64,000 nt of DNA, taken from assembly GCA_035569435.1 (NCBI GenBank), contig DATMNB010000195.1, positions 4,894 to 68,893 on the forward strand, written 5' to 3'. Of the stretch, positions 37,222-44,523 are shown in pieces. The position numbers and the translations under genes were made by a program. The notes under the pieces are model-generated. The model saw nothing but the letters and a program-made list of their open reading frames with translations. It was not told where the DNA came from and ran no database searches. The DNA is from Gemmatimonadaceae bacterium. GTDB taxonomy: Bacteria > Gemmatimonadota > Gemmatimonadetes > Gemmatimonadales > Gemmatimonadaceae. Position 1 is the first letter of the stretch. Each line of letters begins with the position of its first letter.

Positions 37222-38519
37222 GTGTCACCCCACGCCGCGGCCGCGGCAGCGTGCGCCGGGAGATGTTCGGCGGTGGCGAACGCCGCCGCGTCGGCCGCCA
37301 ACCGCCCGGCCGCCACTCGATCGACGCGCTGATACGTCGTCCACCGCACGAAATCCATCGTCGATAACCCTGAATACGACCGCGCCAGGCCGCCAGTCGG
37401 CAGCACGTGGTTCGCGCCCGTGAGATAATCCCCAAAGACCACCGAGCTCGTCTCCCCGAAGAATACCGTCCCGACATTACGAACCCCGGCGAACGCACCC
37501 GCAGGATCGGCGATCGCCAGCAACAGGTGCTCGGGCGCCCACTCGTTCACGAGCGCGATGGCTTCGTCGACCGACTGCGCCACGAGCAGTGCGCCTCGTG
37601 TCGCCAACGACTCGGCGATGATCACGTGTCTGGGCTGGGCAACCGCAAGTGTTTCAATGGCATTGGCAATCCGCCGGGCCACTGCCGCCCCGATCGCCAC
37701 GACGACCACCGCCGCCTGCGGGTCGTGCTCGGCTTGGGCCATGACCTCCCGCGCCACGATCTCCGGATCAGCCGCGCGGTCCGCCACGACGAGCAACTCG
37801 CTCGGGCCCGCCGGCGAGTCGATCCCCACGACGCTCGCCACCTGCAACTTGGCCTCGGCCACATACGCGTTGCCCGGCCCCACGATCCGGTCCACGCGTG
37901 GAATGGTTCGCGTCCCATAGGCCATCGCCGCGATCGCGCCGGCGCCACCGACCGCGAACACCCGATCGACGCCGGCCAGCTCGGCCGCCGCGAGAATCAC
38001 CGGCGCGGGCTCACCAGGCTGCGTCGGCGGAGAACACACAATGACCTCGCCGACCCCCGCCACGCGCGCCGGGATCGCGCCCATGAGCAGACTGCTCGGA
38101 TAGGTCGCCCGCCCACCGGGCGCATACACGCCGACCCGCCCAATCGGATCGGGCCGCCGCCCGACCATCACGCCGGGCTCGGTCTCGATCTCCATCGCCT
38201 CCGGCAGGAACGCCCCATGCGCGGCGCGCAGGTTGCGCGCGCTCCGCTCCATGGCGAGGCGCAGCGCGGGTGGGATCGTGCTGAGCGCGGCACGCCACCG
38301 CTCGCGCGGGATCTCGATCGACGGCAGCGTTACCCCATCCAACTCGCGGGCGAGCTCGGCCAGCGCGCTGTCCCCGGCATCGCGCACGCGCGCAATGACC
38401 GCCGTGGTCGCACATCTCACCACATCGATATCCGCGGCACCAGCACGACAATACAGCGCGGCCCGATCCGCGGGACTGAGCGCGGCGATCGCCCCCGTAA
38501 ACCGAAAGATCCCGCTCAC
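37218..38519 (-). CDS. hisD: histidinol dehydrogenase
   Basis: GTG at 38519 overlaps the hisG stop (GTGA). VGVYAPGG.A.YPSS, QAEHD and GDY..G.NHVLPT motifs. 433 aa; the track ORF is over-extended by 150 codons. Confidence 0.95.
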   Translation of the reverse strand: MSGIFRFTGAIAALSPADRAALYCRAGAADIDVVRCATTAVIARVRDAGDSALAELARELDGVTLPSIEIPRERWRAALSTIPPALRLAMERSARNLRAAHGAFLPEAMEIETEPGVMVGRRPDPIGRVGVYAPGGRATYPSSLLMGAIPARVAGVGEVIVCSPPTQPGEPAPVILAAAELAGVDRVFAVGGAGAIAAMAYGTRTIPRVDRIVGPGNAYVAEAKLQVASVVGIDSPAGPSELLVVADRAADPEIVAREVMAQAEHDPQAAVVVVAIGAAVARRIANAIETLAVAQPRHVIIAESLATRGALLVAQSVDEAIALVNEWAPEHLLLAIADPAGAFAGVRNVGTVFFGETSSVVFGDYLTGANHVLPTGGLARSYSGLSTMDFVRWTTYQRVDRVAAGRLAADAAAFATAEHLPAHAAAAAAWGDT

Positions 38520-39367
38520 GGCATCAACCGTTCGATGCGCGTGACGAGAATGCCCTCGGCGCCGAGCGCCTTGAGGCCCGCGATCGTGCGATAGACCGTG
38601 TTGGATGCAACGACCGCGTGGACAGCGACCATCGTCCCGCCGTTCAAGACATCGATGACGGTGGGTCCATTGAGCCCCGGCAACACCGCGGTCACGCGAT
38701 CGAGCGCATGACGCGGCACGTTGGCCATGAGATAGCGCGTCCCACGCGCGCGGAGCACGGAGGCCAGGGCAGTGACCAGGTCGTTCAGACCGGTCGTGCC
38801 CGGCGCGGCGACGAGTCGGGCCGTCGACTCGAGCACGGTGGTGATCTCGCGCAGCCCATTGACCTTGAGCGTCGAGCCCGTCGATGTCAGATCGACGACG
38901 ATGTCGGCGATCCCCAAGTGCGGCGCGACCTCGCAGGCGCCGGAGACCGGGACAATGGTCGCCGGGCATCCGGCGTCCTCGAAGAACCGATGCGTGAGGC
39001 GTGGGAACACAGTTGCGACACGAAACGGCGTCGGGGCCGCTTGCAGGTCGGCGAACGACGTGACTGCGCTCTCCTCGTGTGCGGCGACGACGAGCCGGCA
39101 GGCACCGAACTCGAGGTCAAGCAGCGTGTCGAGCTCGCGCTGCGATTCGGCCACGAGATCCCAGCCGGTCACACCCGCGTGCGCGGCACCGTCCGCGACG
39201 AACTCGGGGATGTCCTGCGCCCGGACGAAGATGGCCTCGAACTCGCCGCCGAGCGATGCAGTGAGCGCTCGATCGCCGCGCGAGCGCACACCAAGTCCCG
39301 CATCCTCGAAGAGGCCGCGTGTGTCGTCGGCCAGACGGCCTTTGTTTGGCAATGCAATGCGTAGCAT
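38516..39367 (-). CDS. hisG: ATP phosphoribosyltransferase, long form
   Basis: 283 aa. MLRIALPNKGRL, DIVVDLTSTGSTLK..GL, and a C-terminal regulatory domain, so a HisZ-independent type is expected. Confidence 0.95.
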   Translation of the reverse strand: MLRIALPNKGRLADDTRGLFEDAGLGVRSRGDRALTASLGGEFEAIFVRAQDIPEFVADGAAHAGVTGWDLVAESQRELDTLLDLEFGACRLVVAAHEESAVTSFADLQAAPTPFRVATVFPRLTHRFFEDAGCPATIVPVSGACEVAPHLGIADIVVDLTSTGSTLKVNGLREITTVLESTARLVAAPGTTGLNDLVTALASVLRARGTRYLMANVPRHALDRVTAVLPGLNGPTVIDVLNGGTMVAVHAVVASNTVYRTIAGLKALGAEGILVTRIERLMP

Positions 39368-39380
39368 GAGTTTCCCGGAT

Positions 39381-39413
39381 AAACAAAAAAGGCCCGTCCT
39401 CTGCGGACGGGCC
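39381..39413 (-). terminator. intrinsic terminator (attenuator) between the His leader peptide and hisG
   Basis: Minus strand reads GGCCCGTCC-GCAGA-GGACGGGCC: a perfect 9-bp stem (39413..39391) followed directly by TTTTTTGTTT (39390..39381). It ends 13 nt before the hisG ATG. Confidence 0.85.
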
Positions 39414-39442
39414 TGGCGTGAGAGCGCGGACTGGGTGTTACA

Positions 39443-39526
39443 TCACCCGACGCACGCCACAACGCCTCGACCCGTCGGGCCGTGGCCATGGTGCGCATGA
39501 TGATGCTGCTGCAAGATCACGTTCAT
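39443..39526 (-). CDS. hisL: his operon leader peptide, 27 codons, six His in eight consecutive codons
   Basis: Too short for the ORF track. Minus strand: ATG AAC GTG ATC TTG CAG CAG CAT CAT CAT GCG CAC CAT GGC CAC GGC CCG ACG GGT CGA GGC GTT GTG GCG TGC GTC GGG TGA, i.e. MNVILQQHHHAHHGHGPTGRGVVACVG. Located 29 nt upstream of the terminator hairpin. Confidence 0.8.
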   Translation of the reverse strand: MNVILQQHHHAHHGHGPTGRGVVACVG

Positions 39527-39633
39527 GAGCCCAACCTAAGGTGATGTGGGCAGATTGCCAAGGCCGTCCTGAGCGAATACGTTGATCGGGACTCCTGAGT
39601 GAATTGGCACTGACGATTTGGAGGCTTTTTCGT

Positions 39634-40167
39634 ATGCGGATCTACCAGCTGACCCTCGCGACAGGCATGATGGCACTCGCCGCCTGCAGCGGCGGTGACA
39701 AAGGTGCGAGCGGTGGCAGCATGATGAGGGACACGACTTCAGCGCCGGCAGCAGCGCCCAAGGACACGACGGCGGCAGCGGCGGCGCCAGCAGCAGGGGC
39801 AGCGCCGGCGGCAGCAGCGGCGGCGATCACGGGTAAGACCGTGACGGTGAACATGATCGGCGACGCCAAGGGCTATCGCTTCGAGCCGGCGACGATCACG
39901 CTCAAAGTCGGCGATGGGATCAAGTTTGTGAACGTGACGGGCGGCCCGCACAACGTGACGTTCTGGGCCGATAGCATCCCGGCTGGTGCGGCCGCCGCGC
40001 TCGGCGCCAACATGCCGAACACGACGTCGCCGTTGACGGGCCCGCTCCTGATCGCGCCCAACGACACGTACACGGTGTCGTTTGCTGGGACCAAGGCGGG
40101 GTCGTACAAGTTCTACTGCACGCCGCACCTGGCACTCGGCATGAAGGGTTCGATTACGGTTCAGTAG
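39634..40167 (+). CDS. lipoprotein cupredoxin (plastocyanin/pseudoazurin-like type 1 copper protein), copy A
   Basis: ATG at 39634 with a GGAGG SD at 39620. Lipobox-like MALAAC|SGG, then an Ala/Thr-rich linker, then a cupredoxin domain with ligand candidates GGPHNV (His) and YCTPHLALGM (Cys, His, Met). Confidence 0.85.
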   Translation: MRIYQLTLATGMMALAACSGGDKGASGGSMMRDTTSAPAAAPKDTTAAAAAPAAGAAPAAAAAAITGKTVTVNMIGDAKGYRFEPATITLKVGDGIKFVNVTGGPHNVTFWADSIPAGAAAALGANMPNTTSPLTGPLLIAPNDTYTVSFAGTKAGSYKFYCTPHLALGMKGSITVQ

Positions 40168-40178
40168 TCCGTAGGCGT

Positions 40179-41873
40179 GTGACTGACGTTCGCCCGCCGT
40201 CTGGCGGGCTGGCACAATGGCTGGCGGCGCGAGCGCGCAATGCGCTCCGCCGCCCGCTTCGCATCGGGGGCGTGAGCGCGCTCGTGTTTGTGACGGCGCT
40301 GCTCACGCTCGTGCTGATCCCGCGGCATGCGAGTCGGACGGCGCGACTCCTGATGCCGTCGCCGAGTGACTATCCGGATACGGCGCTGCTCCTCCGCCAG
40401 ACGCGGAGCGCCGATTCCCTGAAGGACGCCGCGGACTCGGTGGTCGCGCGCCTCCAGGTGCGCGCGACACGGCTGGCGGCGGCGGACACGTTGCCCACGG
40501 ACTTGGCGGCACGGCGTGACTCGCTCGTCGTCCAGGACGCCGAGTTGTCGCGCGCGCTGCAGCGAGCCGAGATGTCGCCGCTTGCGGCGTCGTTTCAGGC
40601 GCTGGGGGCGGTGCGGGAGCTGCGGGGCGATCCGCATGTCGCGCTGCTCGTCGATTCGCTCGGTGATGTGGCGCGGGCGCGCGCGGCCTTTGGCGAGGCG
40701 GGGGGTGTCGATCCGATCTACGTCGCGTTGACCGCGCGGCTCAACGCCATCGGACGATCGATCCAAGGGATCGCCGAAGCGCGGCGCGATGCCGTGCGCG
40801 CGGAGTTGGCGCGGTTGGGTGGGAGCGCGTCGGCGTCGGCGGTGGCCGCGGCGACGGTGCGCGCGCGGGCGCGGCAGGATTCGGTCGCGCGCCGGGACTC
40901 GATCGCGCGCGCCGAGTTGGGGGAAGCGCGGCAGCGAGTAACGGCGCTGCAGGCGCGCGTCGAGCGGGCGCGCGAGCTGACCAACGTGAGCGCGCCGCCG
41001 ATCGATCTGTTGGCGGCGGCGATCGTACTGGGGGCGGCGCTCGGGTTCGCGGTGACCTTTGGCGTCGAGGTCTGGAAGCCGCGGGTGGCGGACGCTGGGG
41101 AAGCCGAGCGAACGACGGGGGTACGGACGCTCGCGGTGTTGGCGCCGCCGGTGCCCAACGCGGAGCGCGCGCGGCGGAGCACCGATCGGACGGTGTCGCC
41201 CCTCATCGACGCATCGTCGACAGAGTATCGGTTGCTCTATCTCGGCCTGGCCGGCGCGGGGTTGCCGCTCGTGACGGTGACCGGCGACGAGAGCGACGTT
41301 GTGGCGACGGTGGCCGCCAACATCGCCGTCGCCGGCGCACTCGACTCACGAAGTACATTGCTCGTGGATGCTGATCCGCGGGTCGCGGCGGCGACGGGGA
41401 TCGTCGCGGCACGATTGGCGCCTGGGGTGTCGGACGTGTTGGCCGGCACCGTGAGTTGGCCCGAGGCGATCGTACCGGTCGTGATCGGGCGGGACCGGTC
41501 ACTCGATGTGATCCCTGCGGGCGGCGACCCGCGCGCGGCGTGGCCGGCGCAACACGGCTCGGCGCTCTCGGCCGAGTCGCTGCGCGCCGAGCTCTCGCGG
41601 TTGGCGCGGCGCTACGACCTGCTGGTCATCGCGGCCCCCGCCGGTTTGGCGCAGGTCGGGCCCGACTCGGTCTTACCGGGCCCCGACGTCGTGCTCGCCG
41701 CGCGCATCGCCTACACGACATTGGCCCGTCTCACGGCCGCGGCCAACGCGCTCCGCACGTCCGGCATGCAACTGCGCGGCGTCGTGCTCTGGGATGCCGA
41801 CTCCGCCCCGCTCGCTCCGCACCGGCGACTGCATGCGCGACCGGGGAGCTTGCCCGCGGTCACGATTACCTAG
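40179..41873 (+). CDS. polysaccharide co-polymerase (Wzz/Wzc, GumC-like) with degenerate C-terminal P-loop domain
   Basis: 564 aa with GTG at 40179. TM1 (GVSALVFVTALLTLVLI), a coiled-coil periplasmic region of about 250 aa, and TM2 (LLAAAIVLGAALGFAVTFGV). The C-terminal MinD/BY-kinase-like domain has Walker A replaced by TGDESDVVAT, Walker A' retained (LLVDADPR) and Walker B degraded (YDLLVIAAPAG). There is no C-terminal Tyr cluster. Confidence 0.65.
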   Translation: MTDVRPPSGGLAQWLAARARNALRRPLRIGGVSALVFVTALLTLVLIPRHASRTARLLMPSPSDYPDTALLLRQTRSADSLKDAADSVVARLQVRATRLAAADTLPTDLAARRDSLVVQDAELSRALQRAEMSPLAASFQALGAVRELRGDPHVALLVDSLGDVARARAAFGEAGGVDPIYVALTARLNAIGRSIQGIAEARRDAVRAELARLGGSASASAVAAATVRARARQDSVARRDSIARAELGEARQRVTALQARVERARELTNVSAPPIDLLAAAIVLGAALGFAVTFGVEVWKPRVADAGEAERTTGVRTLAVLAPPVPNAERARRSTDRTVSPLIDASSTEYRLLYLGLAGAGLPLVTVTGDESDVVATVAANIAVAGALDSRSTLLVDADPRVAAATGIVAARLAPGVSDVLAGTVSWPEAIVPVVIGRDRSLDVIPAGGDPRAAWPAQHGSALSAESLRAELSRLARRYDLLVIAAPAGLAQVGPDSVLPGPDVVLAARIAYTTLARLTAAANALRTSGMQLRGVVLWDADSAPLAPHRRLHARPGSLPAVTIT

Positions 41874-42309
41874 ATTCATAGCGCATCTCGTTGTTCGCGA
41901 CGAATCCCAGTCGTTCGTACATCGACCGCCCCGCGGCCGAGGCGTGGAGGACGACGCGGGTAATCCCCTCGGCCTGCGTCCAGCCGAGAATGGCGTGCAT
42001 GACGAGCACCGCGATCCCGCGGCGGCGCCAGGCGGGGTCGGTGTAGATGTTCACGATCAGGGCTTCCTCGTCGACGACCCGATCCGGATGCGCATGGTCG
42101 GGGCGTGGGAGCAGCTTGCGCCGCTGCGCGCCGCCGCCGGCCACGAGGAGCGTGGGCTGCTCGAGGGGAGCGGCAACCCACGCTACGTATGCGCCATCGG
42201 TGAGCGCGGTCTCGAAAAAGGTGACCGAGCGCACGGTCAACTCCTCGGCCGCGGACGCGTCCACTCGGCCCATCTCCTGAAACATCATGACCCGTTGCCG
42301 CGCGAGCAC
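41866..42309 (-). CDS. GNAT family N-acetyltransferase (start codon uncertain)
   Basis: The C-terminal ~150 aa of the 555-aa track ORF form a GNAT: ...IYTDPAWRRRGIAVLVMHAILGWTQAEGITRVVLHASAAGRSMYERLGF (acetyl-CoA motif R/Q-x-x-G-x-A). The first in-frame canonical start is GTG 42309. GNAT-like sequence (VSVRRATVADAP) continues upstream to about 42348 with no ATG/GTG/TTG. Confidence 0.7.
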   Translation of the reverse strand: MLARQRVMMFQEMGRVDASAAEELTVRSVTFFETALTDGAYVAWVAAPLEQPTLLVAGGGAQRRKLLPRPDHAHPDRVVDEEALIVNIYTDPAWRRRGIAVLVMHAILGWTQAEGITRVVLHASAAGRSMYERLGFVANNEMRYESR

Positions 42310-42344
42310 CGGCGCATCGGCGACCGTCGCGCGACGGACGGAGA

Positions 42345-42905
42345 CTACTGCACCGTGATCTTCGCAATCATGCCGAGCGCCAGGTGTGGCGTGCAGTAGT
42401 AGTGGTACGTCCCCGCCGGCGCTCCCGCGAACGACACGATGTACGTCTGATTGGGGGTCACGAGGAGTGGCCCCGAGAGCGGTGATGTCGTCCCGGGCAT
42501 GGCCTTCCCGAGGACCGCTGCTGCCCCCGAGGGAATGCTGTCCGACCAGAAGGTCACGTTGTGCGGTCCACCCGTGGCGTTCACCCATTTCACTCCGTCC
42601 CCTGCCTTGAGCGTGATCGTGGCCGGCTCGAACCGATATCCCTTCGCATCGCCGACCATCTGCACCGAGACTGTCTTGCCAGTGATCGCCGGCGCCACAT
42701 CGCCGGCGGCGGTACTGGTGCTGTTGGCCGGCGCCGCGGCCGTGGTCGTCGGCGCCGCCGGTGTCGTGGTCGACGTAGACGCGCCCGCGGCCGACGCTGC
42801 CTTCGCGCTCGCAGCCGCATCGTCCCCGGTCGACGTACATCCGGCGCCGGCGAACAGCCCCGCCGCGGCTGCTGCGGCGATGAGTCCAGTGTAATAGCGA
42901 GTCAT
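42345..42905 (-). CDS. lipoprotein cupredoxin, copy B (paralog of 39634..40167)
   Basis: ATG at 42905 (MTRYYTGLIAAAAAAGLFAGAGC...). Ala/Thr/Ser-rich linker, then a cupredoxin domain about three-quarters identical by eye to copy A, including GGPHNVTFW and YCTPHLALGM and the same ...ITVQ end. Confidence 0.85.
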   Translation of the reverse strand: MTRYYTGLIAAAAAAGLFAGAGCTSTGDDAAASAKAASAAGASTSTTTPAAPTTTAAAPANSTSTAAGDVAPAITGKTVSVQMVGDAKGYRFEPATITLKAGDGVKWVNATGGPHNVTFWSDSIPSGAAAVLGKAMPGTTSPLSGPLLVTPNQTYIVSFAGAPAGTYHYYCTPHLALGMIAKITVQ

Positions 42906-43038
42906 GTTCGGCGAACCCCCGTGAGGTAGTTGGTTGTGGCGTTCCGTGAGCAAGGCGCGCACCGACGGCTACGATGTGGGCCGAGTGCGCCGAGCGGGCT
43001 GGAGCGCGACACCACCGCGCGCGTATGCTTTGCGGGCC

Positions 43039-43473
43039 ATGTGGTCCGACACGCTTCTGCTCGCCGAGCGAGCCGCCCTGCTCCGGCTCGCCATGTGGGC
43101 CGCCGCGAGTGTGGTGGCCGGGACGGCGGTGTTTGCGCTGCTCGCGGTCAGGCGGATGCGGTCGCCGCTCCTGGACGGGTTCGCACTGCAGATGGTGATC
43201 TGGGGCACCATAGGGGTGGCGCGCGTCCTCGAGGGGATGGGGGCACTGACGCCGCGCGATCTGTCGGCGGCGACGCGGCTCGATCGGTGGGTGTGGCTGC
43301 TCACGGGGCTCGATGTTGGCTTGGTCGCGGTCGGCGCGACGGTGGCGATCACCGGATGGTTGCTCGGCCGGCGGTTGGGCGTGATCGGCGCGGGCATCGG
43401 TGTCATCGTGCAGGGCGCCGCGCTCTTCGCGTTGGATGCCCGGTTTGCCACGATACTGAGCGGGCTCGTCTGA
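43039..43473 (+). CDS. small integral membrane protein (about 4 TM helices)
   Basis: ATG at 43039 (MWSDTLLLAERAALLRLAMWAAASVVAGTAVFALLAV...). Hydrophobic helices throughout. No family recognised. Confidence 0.5.
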   Translation: MWSDTLLLAERAALLRLAMWAAASVVAGTAVFALLAVRRMRSPLLDGFALQMVIWGTIGVARVLEGMGALTPRDLSAATRLDRWVWLLTGLDVGLVAVGATVAITGWLLGRRLGVIGAGIGVIVQGAALFALDARFATILSGLV

Positions 43474-43526
43474 TCGTAGCGGGCGGGGTTGCTCGGCGGG
43501 CCGCTCGGGGCGATCTTCGACAAACG

Positions 43527-44153
43527 GTGTCAACCACGGGCTACTCCGATCGTGTCAACCACGCGTTTGCGTTCGCGGCCAAACACCACGACACGCAGGT
43601 GCGCAAAGGGACAGCGCTCCCGTATCTGACCCGGCCCCCGAATGTCGCGGTGATCCTGACGCGCTACGGTCAGCCGGAAGACACGGTGTTGGCGGGCATT
43701 CTCCATTCCGTGGTCGAGGGCTCCGTGCGCGATGGGTTCACGCGCGATGAGCTCGACGACTGGATCGGCGCCAAGTTTGGCAGCCATGTCCTGGAGACCG
43801 CGCTCGCGGTCGCCGAGCGTCGGACAGACGACAGCGGGGTGGAGCTGTCACCCGAGGAGCGGAAGGCCGACGCCGTGGCGCGTCTCGCCGCCGCACCCGA
43901 GGCCGCGCGCTGGGTCTGCGCGGCCGACGCGCTGCACAGCGCGAGCACGATCCTCGCCGACTTGAAGCGCACCGAGTATCCCGAGACTGTCTGGGCGCGC
44001 ACGCATCGCGGGCGCGAAGGCACGATACGCTGGTACCGCCACGTCTACGATCGGCTCGTGACCGTCGGATTCTCGGCGTTGATCATGGGCGAATTGGCGG
44101 AGACCGTCGAGGCCCTCGAGCGCCGCGGCACGGCGGCTGTCGCGCAGTCGTAA
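43527..44153 (+). CDS. HD_4 (RelA/SpoT/Mesh1-type hydrolase) domain protein with substituted metal ligands
   Basis: GTG at 43527 (VSTTGYSDRVNHAFAFAAKHHDTQVRKG.ALPY...). It aligns by eye to the Mesh1/SpoT hydrolase N-terminus (A..KH..Q.RK....PY), but NHP reads TRP and LHD.VED reads LHSVVEG. Confidence 0.65.
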   Translation: MSTTGYSDRVNHAFAFAAKHHDTQVRKGTALPYLTRPPNVAVILTRYGQPEDTVLAGILHSVVEGSVRDGFTRDELDDWIGAKFGSHVLETALAVAERRTDDSGVELSPEERKADAVARLAAAPEAARWVCAADALHSASTILADLKRTEYPETVWARTHRGREGTIRWYRHVYDRLVTVGFSALIMGELAETVEALERRGTAAVAQS

Positions 44154-44171
44154 CTCATCGCGTCGCGGCAG

Positions 44172-44522
44172 ATGTTCTCTGGCGCGCACGTCATTCTCTA
44201 CAGTAAGAACGCCGAGGCGGACCGCGCGTTTTTCCGCGATGTCCTCGGTTTCGCGTCCGTGGATGCCGGTCATGGCTGGCTGATCTTCGCCCTACCGCCG
44301 GCAGAAGCCGCCGTTCATCCGTCCGACGCGAGTCTCGCCCACGAGCTCTATTTCATGTGCGACGATCTGAACGCCGAAATTTCTGCCCTCGCACAGAAAG
44401 GCGTGACGTGCTCTCCGGTGCAGGAGCCGCGGTGGGGTTCCACTACGAAGATGCGGCTTCCCGGTGGAGGCGAGGTCGGCCTCTATCAACCCAAGCATCC
44501 GACGGCAGTAGGGCGACCCTGA
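44172..44522 (+). CDS. VOC/glyoxalase-fold small protein
   Basis: 116 aa. HVILYSKNAEADRAFFRDVLGF...GWLIFALPP.E.AVHP...HELYFMCDDL... matches the single-domain glyoxalase/bleomycin-resistance-like pattern. Confidence 0.6.
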   Translation: MFSGAHVILYSKNAEADRAFFRDVLGFASVDAGHGWLIFALPPAEAAVHPSDASLAHELYFMCDDLNAEISALAQKGVTCSPVQEPRWGSTTKMRLPGGGEVGLYQPKHPTAVGRP

Positions 44523-44523
44523 T

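Noticed and set aside
41866-43533. 555-aa minus-strand ORF in the track.
   Set aside because: Only the C-terminal ~150 aa (GNAT) look real. The rest is an open frame running antisense to, or out of frame with, cupredoxin B and the membrane protein at 43039..43473. It has an Arg/Gly/His-rich nonsense composition.
43521-43562. Direct repeat GTGTCAACCACG occurring twice (43527 and 43552) at the start of the HD-domain gene.
   Set aside because: It is short and lies within coding sequence (VSTT...RVNH). It is most simply a chance or codon-level repeat, and no regulatory context is evident.
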